From Eubacteriales bacterium (GTDB lineage Bacteria; Bacillota; Clostridia; Oscillospirales; CAG-272): a stretch of DNA of 64,000 nucleotides. The translations under genes were made by a program, and so were the position numbers. The stretch's first letter is position 1, and each line of letters opens with the position of its first letter. Below are positions 28,423-38,465 of the stretch, one piece after another. The stretch spans positions 146,000 to 209,999 of the forward strand of contig JAZLLY010000016.1 of NCBI GenBank assembly GCA_045598385.1, read 5' to 3'. The notes under the pieces are model-generated. The model saw only the letters and a program-made list of their open reading frames with translations. It made no database searches and was not told the origin of the DNA.

Positions 28423-28451
28423 TTGCTATTTATTGCGTTTTGTGCTATAAT
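28423..28451 (+). promoter_or_regulatory. Candidate sigma-A promoter of uxuA-uxuB
   Basis: TTGCTA (28423..28428), a 17-nt spacer, then TATAAT (28446..28451), preceded by TGC (extended -10). Confidence 0.55.
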
Positions 28452-28483
28452 GATGCCGCATTCAAAAGAGGAAGGACACCATC

Positions 28484-29530
28484 ATGAAAATGACATTCCG
28501 ATGGTACGGAGAAACCGATACCATCCCGCTCTCCTACATACGGCAGATCCCCGGCATGAGCGGCGTCGTCAGCGCCGTTTACGACATTCCCGTCGGTGAA
28601 GTCTGGCCGCTTGCGAAAATCGAAAAACTGGTTAAGACCGCCAACGAAAACGGTCTCGCTCTCGAGGTTATCGAAAGTGTCGGCGTCCACGAGGATATCA
28701 AACTCGGACGTCCCTCCCGCGACCGCTATATCGCCAACTACGCGGAAACGATCCGCAATCTCGGAAAATGCGGCATCCGTTGCGTTTGCTACAATTTTAT
28801 GCCGGTATTCGACTGGCTGAGAACCACGCTGCACAAAGAAGCTGAGGACGGCTCGAACTCCCTTTCCTACGTTCACGACGAACTCATGAAACTCGATCCG
28901 AACGATCTGCATCTGCCCGGTTGGGACGAGAGTTACCGCCCCGAGGAACTGCGGGGTCTGCTCGATGCTTACCGCGGCATGACGCACGAAACGCTCTTCA
29001 ATAATCTCGTTTATTTTCTCAACGGTATTATGCCCGCGTGTAACGACGCGGAGATTGATATGGCGATCCACCCGGACGATCCACCCTGGGATATGTTCGG
29101 TCTGCCCCGTATCATCACCGGCCCCGACAGTTACAGTAAACTGTTTTCCGCGGTACCCGACAAGCATAACGGCATTACCTTCTGCACGGGATCTCTCGGT
29201 GCCGGCAGAAACAACGACCTCGTGAAAATGGCACAAGAACTTGCCCCGAGAATCTATTTTGCGCACATCCGTCAGTTGAAGTTTGACAATGAGTGCGATT
29301 TCACCGAAGCCGGACACAGAACGGCGGGGGGCGATCTCGACATCTACGGTGTCGTCAAAGCCCTCGTGAAAGCCGGATTCGACGGATACGTCCGTCCCGA
29401 TCACGGCCGCAATATCTGGGGTGAAGACGGAAAGCCGGGTTACGGACTTTACGATCGGGCACTCGGTGCCTGCTATCTCAACGGACTTTTCGAAGCCGTC
29501 GAAAAAGAAAACGGAGGACTCTCAAAATGA
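28484..29530 (+). CDS. uxuA: Mannonate dehydratase
   Basis: MKMTFRWYGETDTIPLSYIRQIPGMSGVVSAVYDIPVGEVW is the UxuA N-terminus, and the length (348 aa) fits. Confidence 0.92.
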   Translation: MKMTFRWYGETDTIPLSYIRQIPGMSGVVSAVYDIPVGEVWPLAKIEKLVKTANENGLALEVIESVGVHEDIKLGRPSRDRYIANYAETIRNLGKCGIRCVCYNFMPVFDWLRTTLHKEAEDGSNSLSYVHDELMKLDPNDLHLPGWDESYRPEELRGLLDAYRGMTHETLFNNLVYFLNGIMPACNDAEIDMAIHPDDPPWDMFGLPRIITGPDSYSKLFSAVPDKHNGITFCTGSLGAGRNNDLVKMAQELAPRIYFAHIRQLKFDNECDFTEAGHRTAGGDLDIYGVVKALVKAGFDGYVRPDHGRNIWGEDGKPGYGLYDRALGACYLNGLFEAVEKENGGLSK

Positions 29531-30378
29531 AACTGCCTTTTGCCTTGGATCTGAAAGGAAAAGTTGCCGTCGTCACCGGCGCGGCAGGCGTACTCTGCTC
29601 TGATTTTTCTGCCGCTTTGGCGAAATGCGGTGCCAAAGTCGCTCTTCTTGACATCAACGTGGACGGCGCGGAAAAAGTCGCCGCAGCCATCCGCGAACAG
29701 GGCGGCGAGGCGATCGCCATCAAAGCCAACTGCCTCGAAAAAGAGAGTCTCAAAGAGGCAAAAGCCGCCGTCGATGCGGCTTTCGGTCCCTGCGATATTC
29801 TCATCAACGGTGCAGGCGGCAACAATCCGAGAGCAACCACGGACAACGAATATTTTGATCTCGAATCTCTCAACGACGCCGACAAAAAGAGCTTTTTCGA
29901 CATTGCCCCCGAGGGCATTCGCTTCGTCTTTGATCTGAACGTAACGGCGGCATTTCTGACCACGCAGGTCTTCGCCGAGGATATGGCGAAAAAAGGAAGC
30001 GGCAATATCATCAATATCTCCTCGATGAACGCTTTCCGCCCTCTGACGAAGATCCCCGCATACAGCGCCGCAAAAGCCGCGGTCTCCAATTTCACGCAAT
30101 GGCTCGCCGTGCATTTCGCACCCGCCGGTATCCGTGTCAACGCTATTGCCCCCGGCTTCTTCGTCACCAATCAGAACCGTGCGCTTCTCTTCCGTGAAGA
30201 CGGCACGCCGACGCCGAGAACCGATAAGATCCTTTCGGGAACCCCAATGCGCCGTTTCGGCGAATCCGAAGAACTCCTCGGCGGTCTTTTCTTCTTCCTT
30301 TCGGATGAGGCGTCTGCTTTCGTAACCGGCGTTATCCTGCCGATCGACGGCGGTTTTTCCGCTTATTCCGGCGTTTGA
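29527..30378 (+). CDS. SDR-family oxidoreductase (short-chain D-mannonate / fructuronate oxidoreductase type)
   Basis: TGAAGVLCSDF (TGxxxG), NGAGGN and YSAAKAAV (YxxxK) are present. It is coupled to uxuA by an ATGA overlap. Confidence 0.8.
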   Translation: MKLPFALDLKGKVAVVTGAAGVLCSDFSAALAKCGAKVALLDINVDGAEKVAAAIREQGGEAIAIKANCLEKESLKEAKAAVDAAFGPCDILINGAGGNNPRATTDNEYFDLESLNDADKKSFFDIAPEGIRFVFDLNVTAAFLTTQVFAEDMAKKGSGNIINISSMNAFRPLTKIPAYSAAKAAVSNFTQWLAVHFAPAGIRVNAIAPGFFVTNQNRALLFREDGTPTPRTDKILSGTPMRRFGESEELLGGLFFFLSDEASAFVTGVILPIDGGFSAYSGV

Positions 30379-30400
30379 TAACACTCTTGTCCTGCTTTTC

Positions 30401-30431
30401 AACTGCCCGACCCCGGGCAGTTTTCTTTTTT
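30401..30431 (+). terminator. Rho-independent terminator after uxuB
   Basis: AACTGCCCG-ACCC-CGGGCAGTT followed by TTCTTTTTT. Confidence 0.8.
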
Positions 30432-30442
30432 ACCGCGTATCC

Positions 30443-30471
30443 TTGTAATTCACTGAAAATTGTGTTATACT
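30443..30471 (+). promoter_or_regulatory. Candidate sigma-A promoter of lepB-rbgA-rnhB-yraN
   Basis: TTGTAA (30443..30448), a 17-nt spacer, then TATACT (30466..30471), preceded by TGT (extended -10). Confidence 0.55.
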
Positions 30472-30502
30472 ATGATGAATTATTATGTCAGGGGAGATCT
30501 CT

Positions 30503-31063
30503 ATGACTTCCGAAAATTGCAAAAGAAAGAAATACGATCCCGAAAGACCGCGTCGGATCGACGGTTTTTTCGATTTTGCCGAACTGATCGTTCTGACACT
30601 TTTTGCCGTCGTTTTCATCACGACCTGTCTGTTCCGTCACTCTGTCGTGGACGGCGGTTCTATGGAAAGAACGCTGTTTGACGGCGAACATCTGCTGGTC
30701 TCTTCGGCGTTTTATCAGCCGAAACAGGGCGACATCGTCGTTTTTTACTCGGAATCGCTGAAAAAGCCGCTTGTCAAACGCGTTATCGCAACCGAAGGTC
30801 AATGCGTCAAGGTGGTATCCGATACGGAAATATACGTGGACGGCGTACCTCTTAACGAACCCTATGTTTTTACAGATGCGGTGAGAGGTACCTATTCCGA
30901 ACCGATCACGCTCACCGTCTCGGAGGGATGCGTCTTTGTCCTCGGAGATCACCGCAACAACTCCACGGATTCCCGGGCTTTCGGAGAGATCCGGACAGAT
31001 TATATTTACGGAAAAGTCTTACTCAGAATCGCACCGACAAGCCGCTTCGGCACCGTCGATTGA
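30503..31063 (+). CDS. lepB: Signal peptidase I
   Basis: A TM anchor is followed by DGGSMERTL (catalytic Ser), KRVIATEGQ (catalytic Lys box) and VLGDHRNNSTDSR. The ATG at 30503 has GGGGAG 7 nt upstream. Confidence 0.92.
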   Translation: MTSENCKRKKYDPERPRRIDGFFDFAELIVLTLFAVVFITTCLFRHSVVDGGSMERTLFDGEHLLVSSAFYQPKQGDIVVFYSESLKKPLVKRVIATEGQCVKVVSDTEIYVDGVPLNEPYVFTDAVRGTYSEPITLTVSEGCVFVLGDHRNNSTDSRAFGEIRTDYIYGKVLLRIAPTSRFGTVD

Positions 31064-31072
31064 GAGGTCAAA

Positions 31073-31960
31073 ATGTCTAATAACAACAATCCGATCCAAT
31101 GGTTCCCGGGGCACATGGCAAAAACCCGGCGTATGATGACGGAATGTCTGCCGAGTGTTGACGTCATCCTCGAAGTCCTCGACGCGAGGATACCGAAAAG
31201 TTCCAAGAATCCCGATCTCGACGCCATCATCGGTAACAAACCGAAAATCGTCGTCCTGACAAAGTCTTCCCTCGCCGATCCCGAACTGACGAAGCGATGG
31301 ATCGAAAAATATCGCAAAAACGGAGTGACGGCGGTCGCCGTCGATTCCTTCTCCGATTACGGCATCCGCACGCTCGCCGAAACCGTCAAAAGCGTTCTCG
31401 GTGAAAAACTCGAACGATACGCGGAAAAAGGGATGAAAGGACGCGCCCTCAAAGCCATGATCGTCGGTATCCCCAACGTGGGAAAATCCTCCCTCATCAA
31501 CCGTCTTGCCAAAAGCAAAAAAGCCAAAGTGGAAAACCGCCCCGGCGTTACCATGACAAAACAATGGGTGACGACGGATATCGGCATGGATCTTTTGGAT
31601 ATGCCGGGTGTTCTCTGGCATAAATTTGATGACAGAAAAGTCGGCGAAAATCTCGCCTTGACGGGCGCGATCAAGGACGCGATCCTCGATACCGAGGAGA
31701 TCGCCGTGATTCTCTGCGACCGTTTGTACCGTACCGCAAGAAAACCGTTTCTGAACCGTTACAAACTCACGGAAGAAGAAACGGCAGATCTCGACGCTTA
31801 CGATCTTTTCCTGAAGATCGGAAAAAAACGCGGAATCGTGATGTCGGGCGGAGAGATCGACGAAACCCGGCTTTCCAACCTGCTTCTCGAAGAATTCAGA
31901 AGCGGAAAGATCGGAAGCATCACACTCGAAACGCCGGAGGATCGTTATGCCGAATTATGA
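31073..31960 (+). CDS. rbgA: Ribosome biogenesis GTPase A (RbgA/YlqF)
   Basis: [13 protein letters not shown], a circularly permuted GTPase (LTKSSLA then [14 protein letters not shown] then LLDMPGVLW). Confidence 0.93.
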   Translation: MSNNNNPIQWFPGHMAKTRRMMTECLPSVDVILEVLDARIPKSSKNPDLDAIIGNKPKIVVLTKSSLADPELTKRWIEKYRKNGVTAVAVDSFSDYGIRTLAETVKSVLGEKLERYAEKGMKGRALKAMIVGIPNVGKSSLINRLAKSKKAKVENRPGVTMTKQWVTTDIGMDLLDMPGVLWHKFDDRKVGENLALTGAIKDAILDTEEIAVILCDRLYRTARKPFLNRYKLTEEETADLDAYDLFLKIGKKRGIVMSGGEIDETRLSNLLLEEFRSGKIGSITLETPEDRYAEL

Positions 31961-32555
31961 TTACGAAAAAGAAGCTTATGCGATGGGTTATACCGCCGTC
32001 TGCGGCTGTGACGAAGCCGGACGGGGACCGCTCTGCGGTCCGGTGGTCGCCGCCGCAGTCATTCTCCCGCCCGACCTTGAGATCAAAGGTCTCGACGACT
32101 CCAAGAAACTGACCGAAAAAAAACGGGAAGCCCTCTTCCCCGTCATTCTTGAAAAAGCGATCGCTTACGGGATCGCCGAAGCCACGCCGCAGGAGATCGA
32201 CGAAATCAACATACTGAACGCCTCCATGCTCGCGATGAACCGCGCTGTGGAAAAACTCGGTGTCAAGGCGGATTTTGCGCTCATCGACGGCAATACCAGC
32301 CGCGGATTTACGATCCCGACGAAGACGGTGGTAAAAGGGGATGCCAAAGTCGCTTCCATCGCCGCCGCTTCCGTTCTTGCCAAAGTGACAAGAGACAGAA
32401 TGTGCGAAGAACTCGACCGTCTCTATCCCGGCTACGGTATCGCAAAGCACAAAGGATATCCCACAAAAGACCATATGGACGCCGTAAGAACTTTAGGTCC
32501 CTCCCCCATTCACCGCAAAACTTTCCTGAAATTTCTGAACAACGATGAAAAATAA
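31947..32555 (+). CDS. rnhB: Ribonuclease HII
   Basis: [26 protein letters not shown] and [14 protein letters not shown] are present. Confidence 0.94.
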   Translation: MPNYDYEKEAYAMGYTAVCGCDEAGRGPLCGPVVAAAVILPPDLEIKGLDDSKKLTEKKREALFPVILEKAIAYGIAEATPQEIDEINILNASMLAMNRAVEKLGVKADFALIDGNTSRGFTIPTKTVVKGDAKVASIAAASVLAKVTRDRMCEELDRLYPGYGIAKHKGYPTKDHMDAVRTLGPSPIHRKTFLKFLNNDEK

Positions 32556-33018
32556 GGTCTTCCTTTTCGGAAAAGGCAAAAGAAAGATCCGCCGCAGCAT
32601 TTTGCCCATCCTCGGCGTGGATTCCGAAAATCGTTTCACGGGTACTTACGGAGAGGATCTGGCGGCGGCGTTTCTGCAAAAGCGCGGTTACAGGATCAAA
32701 GAACGCAACTTCGTCGCGGCAGGCGCTGAGATCGATATCATCGCCGAAAACCGCGACACCGTCGTTTTTACGGAAGTCAAAACGCGGCACTACCTGCCGG
32801 AAAATCGCCCGGCGGCAGTCAAAGAAACGAGACCTGCCGCTTCTGTCACACCGGAAAAGCAAAAAAAGATTTTTGCGGCGTCCCGCTTCTATTCCGTCCC
32901 CGAGGGTAAACATCTGCGCTTCGATATCGTGGAAGTGTATCTCGGAAAAACGAAAAAAGACACCGAAATCTGCCATCTGAAAAACGCTTTCACCCTGGAT
33001 ACGGCTTACCGCAAGTAG
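32545..33018 (+). CDS. yraN: YraN family endonuclease (UPF0102)
   Basis: [46 protein letters not shown]...FDIVEV. The start is uncertain, since the N-terminus is longer than typical. Confidence 0.8.
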   Translation: MKNKVFLFGKGKRKIRRSILPILGVDSENRFTGTYGEDLAAAFLQKRGYRIKERNFVAAGAEIDIIAENRDTVVFTEVKTRHYLPENRPAAVKETRPAASVTPEKQKKIFAASRFYSVPEGKHLRFDIVEVYLGKTKKDTEICHLKNAFTLDTAYRK

Positions 33019-33063
33019 AAAAACCCGTGCCGGAAGCGGCACGGGAAAAGATGCTTTTTTTAA
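33019..33063. terminator. Bidirectional terminator between yraN (+) and the DUF1540 gene (-)
   Basis: AGAAAAA-CCCGTGCCG-GAA-GCGGCACGGG. The minus-strand reading ends in TTTTTC. On the plus strand a T-run (GCTTTTTTTT) follows after 8 nt. Confidence 0.7.
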
Positions 33064-33121
33064 GGAGCAGGGACTTGTCTTTTTCCCTCTTGTCAGAAGA
33101 ACGGACAGTATCCCATATTCG

Positions 33122-33319
33122 TCAATACGTTTTGGGTTTGAACGTCGCACATACGGTGTCACTCGAACATCCGGCATCGCAAGGACCGACGCACACATTC
33201 TCTGCCGTGCATCTGCATTCGCCATCGTTATAGGCGCACTTCTTTGCGTCGCAATTGATGCCGCGAATCGTCTTTTTTCCATGACAGGTGCAATCGGTTT
33301 CATACTCTCTGTTCTGCAT
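33122..33319 (-). CDS. DUF1540-type small cysteine-rich protein
   Basis: The 65-aa protein has 11 Cys: CTCHGKKTIRGINCDAKKCAYNDGECRCTAENVCVGPCDAGCSSDTVCATF. The C-x2-C-AYN...C-A pattern is what I remember for the Firmicute DUF1540 repeat. RBS is GGAGATATC before the ATG. Confidence 0.65.
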   Translation of the reverse strand: MQNREYETDCTCHGKKTIRGINCDAKKCAYNDGECRCTAENVCVGPCDAGCSSDTVCATFKPKTY

Positions 33320-33446
33320 GATATCTCCATTCTTGCTTGTGAGAATTAACGGACAAAAATCCGTTTTTCAAGAGCAGGATTCATTCCTGCAATAACATTA
33401 TGCCCCGTTTTATCTTCCGATATTCATAGAAAGGAGTTGGTTTTTC

Positions 33447-34184
33447 TTGGCATTATACGTTATTTCCGATCTGCATCTTTCCACCGCGCAAGAGACCGAC
33501 AAATCTATGGAAGTCTTCGGAGGACGCTGGGACGGTTACGTCGATCGTCTCCGTGCGAACTGGGAAAAACTCATCGGGAAAAACGATACCGTCGTCATCC
33601 CGGGGGACGTCTCGTGGGGACTGACCGCGGACGAAGCCCTGTCGGATCTTTTGTTTCTCGATTCTCTCCCCGGGCATAAGATCCTGCTGAAGGGGAATCA
33701 CGACCTCTGGTGGGCGACGATGAAAAAGAACCGTGCTTTCTGCGAAGCGCACGACATTCATACCCTCGAATTCATCTACAATAACGCCGCGGAAACCGAC
33801 GATTTCATCATCGCGGGAACACGGGGATGGTTTGCCGACGAGGACATGGGAAAAACACAGGGCGCTGATTTTGAGAAAGTCCGCCTGCGTGAGATCGGAA
33901 GACTCCGCGCGAGTCTCACCGACGCCGTGCAAAGAAAACGTCTGTCGCCGCAGAAAGAGATCCTTGTCTTCACGCACTTTCCCGTCGTTTCGGAAACGGA
34001 TTTTGAAGACGGTCTTGCCTCTCTGATCGAGGAATCGGGCGTCCGCCGGGTGTATTACGGACACGTACACGGGAACTATCAGATTCCCGCGGTTCTCTCC
34101 CGTAACGGCGTCGAATATCATCTCACCTCTGCCGATTATCTGAACTTTTTACCAAAATATATAAATGTGTGTTCCCCTACTTGA
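33447..34184 (+). CDS. Metallophosphoesterase (calcineurin-like)
   Basis: YVISDLHL (DxH), VVIPGDVSWG (GD) and LLKGNHDLWW (GNHD/E), with THFP and GHVHGN. TTG start at 33447, with GGAG upstream. Confidence 0.85.
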   Translation: MALYVISDLHLSTAQETDKSMEVFGGRWDGYVDRLRANWEKLIGKNDTVVIPGDVSWGLTADEALSDLLFLDSLPGHKILLKGNHDLWWATMKKNRAFCEAHDIHTLEFIYNNAAETDDFIIAGTRGWFADEDMGKTQGADFEKVRLREIGRLRASLTDAVQRKRLSPQKEILVFTHFPVVSETDFEDGLASLIEESGVRRVYYGHVHGNYQIPAVLSRNGVEYHLTSADYLNFLPKYINVCSPT

Positions 34185-34209
34185 CAAATCGCGTTTGTTG
34201 GGTTAAAAT
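34181..34209 (+). promoter_or_regulatory. Sigma-A promoter of tig
   Basis: TTGACA (34181..34186), a 17-nt spacer, then TAAAAT (34204..34209). The -35 overlaps the stop codon of the preceding gene. Confidence 0.6.
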
Positions 34210-34251
34210 GTTAAGGTTGAAATTATATATACGCCCCGAAGGAGATTACTC

Positions 34252-35526
34252 ATGAGTCTGGTCAAATTTGAACTCACCGAAAAATCCGGTTTTACCATGG
34301 AGTTTTCCGTCAAAAAGGAAGTCTATGATAAAGCGGAAATGGCTGCTTACAAAAAGGAAGTCGCAAAACTCAACGTTCCCGGCTTCCGCAAAGGAAAAGC
34401 ACCCAAACACGTCATTGAGAATATGTACGGAAAAGGCATTTTCTTTGAAGACGCCATCAACGCCTGCCTCCCCGAAGCTTTTGAGGAAGCCGTGAAGGAA
34501 GCAAAACTCGAGATCGTCGGCACCCCCGACTTCGATATCGTGTCCCGTGACGGTGATATCGTACTGAAAGCCGTCGGTTTTGTGAAACCCGAAGTCAAGA
34601 TCGAGGGCTACAAGGGACTTCCCGTCAAGAAAGCCGCCGTCAGAGTCACGAAAGCGGACGTTGACGCCGAACTTGAAAAAGTCCGTAAAAGAAACGCGAG
34701 AAACGTGGAAATCAAAGACCGCGCCGTTGAAAAAGACGATATCGTCAACATTGATTACGAGGGCTTTGTGGACGGCGTAGCGTTCGAGGGCGGAAAAGAC
34801 GAAGGTCACGACCTCACGATCGGCTCCGGCGCCTTCATCCCCGGCTTTGAAGATCAGATCATCGGAAAGAAGATCGGCGAAGCGTTTGACGTCGAAGTCA
34901 CTTTCCCCGAGGATTACCACGCAAAGGACCTCGCAGGCAAGAAAGCTGTCTTCAAAACGAAACTCAACGGGATTAAAGTCGAAGAACTGCCGAAACTTGA
35001 CGACGAATTTGCCAAGGATGTCTCCGAATTTGACACTTTGGATGAATACAAGGCAGATCTGAAGTCTAAAATAGCAAAGAGCAAGGAAAACGAAGCCGAC
35101 GCGAAATTCGATTCCGAAATTGCCGACGCGCTTTGCGAAAAACTCGTGGCCGATATTCCCGAACCCATGTTCGTCCAGGAAACCGAAAACTACGTCCGCG
35201 ACTACGACAGCCGCCTGCGCATGAACGGTCTGGATATGAACACTTACTTCAAATACACCGGCATGACCCTCGACGGTCTCCGTGCCGAACTTCGTCCTCA
35301 GGCAGAAAAACAGGTCAAAGTCAGACTTTCTCTTGAAAAAATCGCCGCTCTCGAAAATCTCGCGGTCACCGACGCCGATATTGACGCGGAATACAAGAGA
35401 ATTGCCGATGCCTACAACGTGAAAGAAGATGAAGTCCGTTCCATGGTTGCAAAAGACGATATCCGCGCTGACCTTTTGGTCGCGGCAGCCATGAAACTCG
35501 TCAAAGAGAACGTAAAAGGCAAATAA
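34252..35526 (+). CDS. tig: Trigger factor
   Basis: [19 protein letters not shown] (the ribosome-binding GFRxGxxP motif), followed by an FKBP domain and a C-terminal arm domain. Confidence 0.96.
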   Translation: MSLVKFELTEKSGFTMEFSVKKEVYDKAEMAAYKKEVAKLNVPGFRKGKAPKHVIENMYGKGIFFEDAINACLPEAFEEAVKEAKLEIVGTPDFDIVSRDGDIVLKAVGFVKPEVKIEGYKGLPVKKAAVRVTKADVDAELEKVRKRNARNVEIKDRAVEKDDIVNIDYEGFVDGVAFEGGKDEGHDLTIGSGAFIPGFEDQIIGKKIGEAFDVEVTFPEDYHAKDLAGKKAVFKTKLNGIKVEELPKLDDEFAKDVSEFDTLDEYKADLKSKIAKSKENEADAKFDSEIADALCEKLVADIPEPMFVQETENYVRDYDSRLRMNGLDMNTYFKYTGMTLDGLRAELRPQAEKQVKVRLSLEKIAALENLAVTDADIDAEYKRIADAYNVKEDEVRSMVAKDDIRADLLVAAAMKLVKENVKGK

Positions 35527-35539
35527 CCGACGAAATCCT

Positions 35540-35574
35540 GCCGACAGCCGAAGAATTCCGCTGTCGGCTTTTTC
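35540..35574 (+). terminator. Rho-independent terminator (probably leaky) between tig and clpP
   Basis: GCCGACAGC-N11-GCTGTCGGC followed by TTTTTC. The clpP RBS follows 15 nt later. Confidence 0.7.
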
Positions 35575-35597
35575 AAAAAATAAAAAGGAGATTCTTT

Positions 35598-36188
35598 ATG
35601 GCACTCGTACCAATGGTCATTGAACAAACCGCACACGGCGAAAGATCCTACGATATTTTTTCGAGACTTCTGAACGACCGTATCATCATACTGGCAGACG
35701 AAGTCAACGATACGACGGCTTCTCTCGTCGTCGCACAGATGCTCTATCTTGAAGCGCAGGACCCCGATAAGGACGTCTATTTCTACATCAACAGCCCCGG
35801 AGGATCCATTTCCGCGGGCATGGCGATCTATGACACGATGAACTATATCAAATGCAACGTTTCCACCATCTGCGTCGGCATGGCGGCTTCCATGGCCGCT
35901 TTCCTGCTCAGCAGCGGTGCGAAAGGCAAGCGTTTTGCCCTTCCGAACGCGGAAGTGATGATTCATCAGCCGCTCGGCGGAATGCAGGGACAGGCGAGCG
36001 ATATCAAGATCCACGCCGATCATATTCTGAAGATCCGCAAAAAGATGAACGCGCTCCTCGCCGAACAAACGGGAAAGCCCGTCGAAATGATCGAAAAAGA
36101 CACCGACAGGGACAATTTCCTGACGGCGGAAGAGGCGTGCGCTTACGGCCTCGTCGATAAAGTCATTACGAAAAAGGAATTGGTATAA
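35598..36188 (+). CDS. clpP: ATP-dependent Clp protease proteolytic subunit
   Basis: [47 protein letters not shown] (catalytic Ser) and MIHQPLGG (catalytic His). Confidence 0.98.
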   Translation: MALVPMVIEQTAHGERSYDIFSRLLNDRIIILADEVNDTTASLVVAQMLYLEAQDPDKDVYFYINSPGGSISAGMAIYDTMNYIKCNVSTICVGMAASMAAFLLSSGAKGKRFALPNAEVMIHQPLGGMQGQASDIKIHADHILKIRKKMNALLAEQTGKPVEMIEKDTDRDNFLTAEEACAYGLVDKVITKKELV

Positions 36189-36189
36189 C

Positions 36190-37500
36190 ATGGCTGAAAA
36201 CAAGTCCGACTTCCGTTGTTGTTCATTCTGCGGAAGAAAAGAAACGGAAGTGTCTCTTCTGATCCCCGGTCAGGACGGAAAAAGTTATATCTGTGAAAAC
36301 TGTATCGACGTCTGCGCCGGTTTTCTCGACGAGCATTTTCATCTTCCCGACCCGGATGCCGAAGAACTCACTTTTGAAAATCTTCCGAAGCCGGCGGATA
36401 TCAAGCAAATGCTCGACGATTACGTGATCGGACAGGATCAGGCAAAATTGGCGCTCAGCGTCGCCGTTTACAATCATTATAAGCGGATTCTTCATCTCGG
36501 CGACGGCGAAAAGAACAAAAAAAGACGCGGCAAAAAGCCGCAGAACGACACGGGGGCTCCGGAAGTCGAACTCCAGAAATCGAACGTTCTTCTTCTCGGT
36601 CCGACCGGCGTCGGAAAAACGTATCTCGCGCAGACGCTCGCAAAGAGTTTCAAAGTCCCCTTCGCGATCGCAGACGCGACCACCCTGACGGAGGCCGGTT
36701 ACGTCGGTGAAGACGTCGAAAATATTCTTCTGCGTCTGATCCAGGCAGCCGATTACGACGTTTCCCGCGCGGAAAAAGGTATCATCTATATCGACGAGAT
36801 CGACAAGATCTCAAGAAAAGGCGAAAACCGATCCATTACGCGTGACGTCTCCGGCGAAGGCGTTCAGCAGGCACTCCTGAAGATCCTTGAGGGCACCGTG
36901 GCGAACGTTCCCCCGCAAGGCGGAAGAAAGCATCCGAACCAGGAATTCATCCAGATCAACACGAAAAACATCCTGTTTATCTGCGGCGGCGCCTTTGACG
37001 GCATCGAATCCGTGATCGAACAGAGAAAAGGCAATCAGCTGATCGGATTCGGCACCGAAAAAGTCACGAAGAGCGAAAAAGCCGCGCAAGGCGTCTATAA
37101 AGATGTCATCGCGCACGACGTCGTGAAATACGGTCTGATCCCGGAACTCGTCGGGCGTCTCCCCGTCATCGTGACGATGGAAGCCCTGGACGAAGACGCT
37201 CTCGTCCGCATCATTAAGGAACCGAAAAACGCGCTCTCCAAACAATATGAAAAACTCTTTGAGCTGGACGGCATCCGCCTCGAATTCGAGGACGCGGCGT
37301 TTTCCGCCATTGCCCGCATGGCGACGGAAAGACAAACCGGCGCGCGCGGTCTTCGCGCAATCATGGAGACGCTGATGATGAAGCCGATGTACGACTCACC
37401 CTCCGATCCCTCGATTGAAAAAATCATCGTAACGGAAGATTTCGTGCTCGGAAAAGGCGACCTTACGATCGTCAGAAAAACCGAAACTCAAAGCGCGTAA
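36190..37500 (+). CDS. clpX: ATP-dependent Clp protease ATP-binding subunit ClpX
   Basis: A zinc-binding N-terminus (CSFCGR...CENC), Walker [22 protein letters not shown] and [10 protein letters not shown]. Confidence 0.98.
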   Translation: MAENKSDFRCCSFCGRKETEVSLLIPGQDGKSYICENCIDVCAGFLDEHFHLPDPDAEELTFENLPKPADIKQMLDDYVIGQDQAKLALSVAVYNHYKRILHLGDGEKNKKRRGKKPQNDTGAPEVELQKSNVLLLGPTGVGKTYLAQTLAKSFKVPFAIADATTLTEAGYVGEDVENILLRLIQAADYDVSRAEKGIIYIDEIDKISRKGENRSITRDVSGEGVQQALLKILEGTVANVPPQGGRKHPNQEFIQINTKNILFICGGAFDGIESVIEQRKGNQLIGFGTEKVTKSEKAAQGVYKDVIAHDVVKYGLIPELVGRLPVIVTMEALDEDALVRIIKEPKNALSKQYEKLFELDGIRLEFEDAAFSAIARMATERQTGARGLRAIMETLMMKPMYDSPSDPSIEKIIVTEDFVLGKGDLTIVRKTETQSA

Positions 37501-37523
37501 AATCCATTTTTGATTAACACTTA

Positions 37524-37583
37524 ACAGAAAAAAACGCTGACGTTCCGTTTCATACGGAGACGCCAGCGTTATTTTATTCTTTT
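37524..37583. terminator. Bidirectional terminator between clpX (+) and the AraC gene (-)
   Basis: A long imperfect hairpin (AACGCTG..TCCGT-TTCAT-ACGGA..CAGCGTT) is flanked by AAAAAAA upstream and ATTTTATTCTTTT downstream. Confidence 0.7.
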
Positions 37584-38422
37584 GTCATTTTTCGGTAGGC
37601 GATGGGGCTCATACCGGTGTCAGCTTTGAATATCTTATGAAAATGATTGGGACCCGAAAATCCGAGAGACTCCGAAATGTCCGCGACGCTCTGCGTGTCA
37701 TAGGACAAAAGAATCATTGCGCGGTTGACGCGGAGGGTATTGATGTAATCAATCGGCGTTGTTCCTATGCTGTCCTTGAACAGTTTTGTAAAGTGATCGG
37801 CGGAGATCATCATCATTTCCGCTAAATCTTCAACATAGATTTTTTGCAAAAAATGTAAAGAGATATAGTCAAGAACCGGCTTAAATCGCAAAACATTGTG
37901 ATAAACGGTCTCGTCATTCTTGCCGCGCGTCGTGAAATACGAACGCAAAACAGCCCCCGCCATACGGAATACCGCCGAAAAAACATTGATACGATAGCAC
38001 ACGTCTTTTCCCCAATACTCATCGGTTGCGAGCATCATATTCTCGAGCAGAAGAGGATAGACGGGGTCGTCTTCACGATAGAAAAAAATACGGTTTTTCG
38101 ACTGTACATCGAACATATAGCAGAGATCGGAATCGACGCTTTCGAGTTTTTCCTCGATCAGCGCGTGGGAATACAAAAGACTCACGAGCGAAGCGGAATC
38201 GGAGAGCGCCTCCGCTCTTCTGACCATTCCTTTCGGAATGAAGAATATCGTCCCTTTTTGTCCGACGGTCGAATAAGTGCCGATAAATACTCTGACCGTG
38301 CCGGACTCCACGTACAGAAATTCGTCCGCGTCCTCAAAAAAAGTGGGTTTATACAGTATCCCGTTTCCGCTTTTCCTGCCGACGGAGAATGGAAACACCG
38401 AAGCATCCAGAGCAGACATCAT
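37574..38422 (-). CDS. AraC family transcriptional regulator (third gene of the CobW operon)
   Basis: A cupin-like N-terminal half (LYVESGTVRVFIGTYSTVGQKGTIFFIPKGM) is followed by the C-terminal HTH pair (VEDLAEMMMISADHFTKLFK...VADISESLGFSGPNHFHKIFK). I prefer the ATG at 38422, 43 nt after the upstream stop. Confidence 0.85.
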   Translation of the reverse strand: MMSALDASVFPFSVGRKSGNGILYKPTFFEDADEFLYVESGTVRVFIGTYSTVGQKGTIFFIPKGMVRRAEALSDSASLVSLLYSHALIEEKLESVDSDLCYMFDVQSKNRIFFYREDDPVYPLLLENMMLATDEYWGKDVCYRINVFSAVFRMAGAVLRSYFTTRGKNDETVYHNVLRFKPVLDYISLHFLQKIYVEDLAEMMMISADHFTKLFKDSIGTTPIDYINTLRVNRAMILLSYDTQSVADISESLGFSGPNHFHKIFKADTGMSPIAYRKMTKE

Positions 38423-38465
38423 TTTTCGTCCTTTCGTCAGTTTATCCGTTTCAATACCTTGAAAA

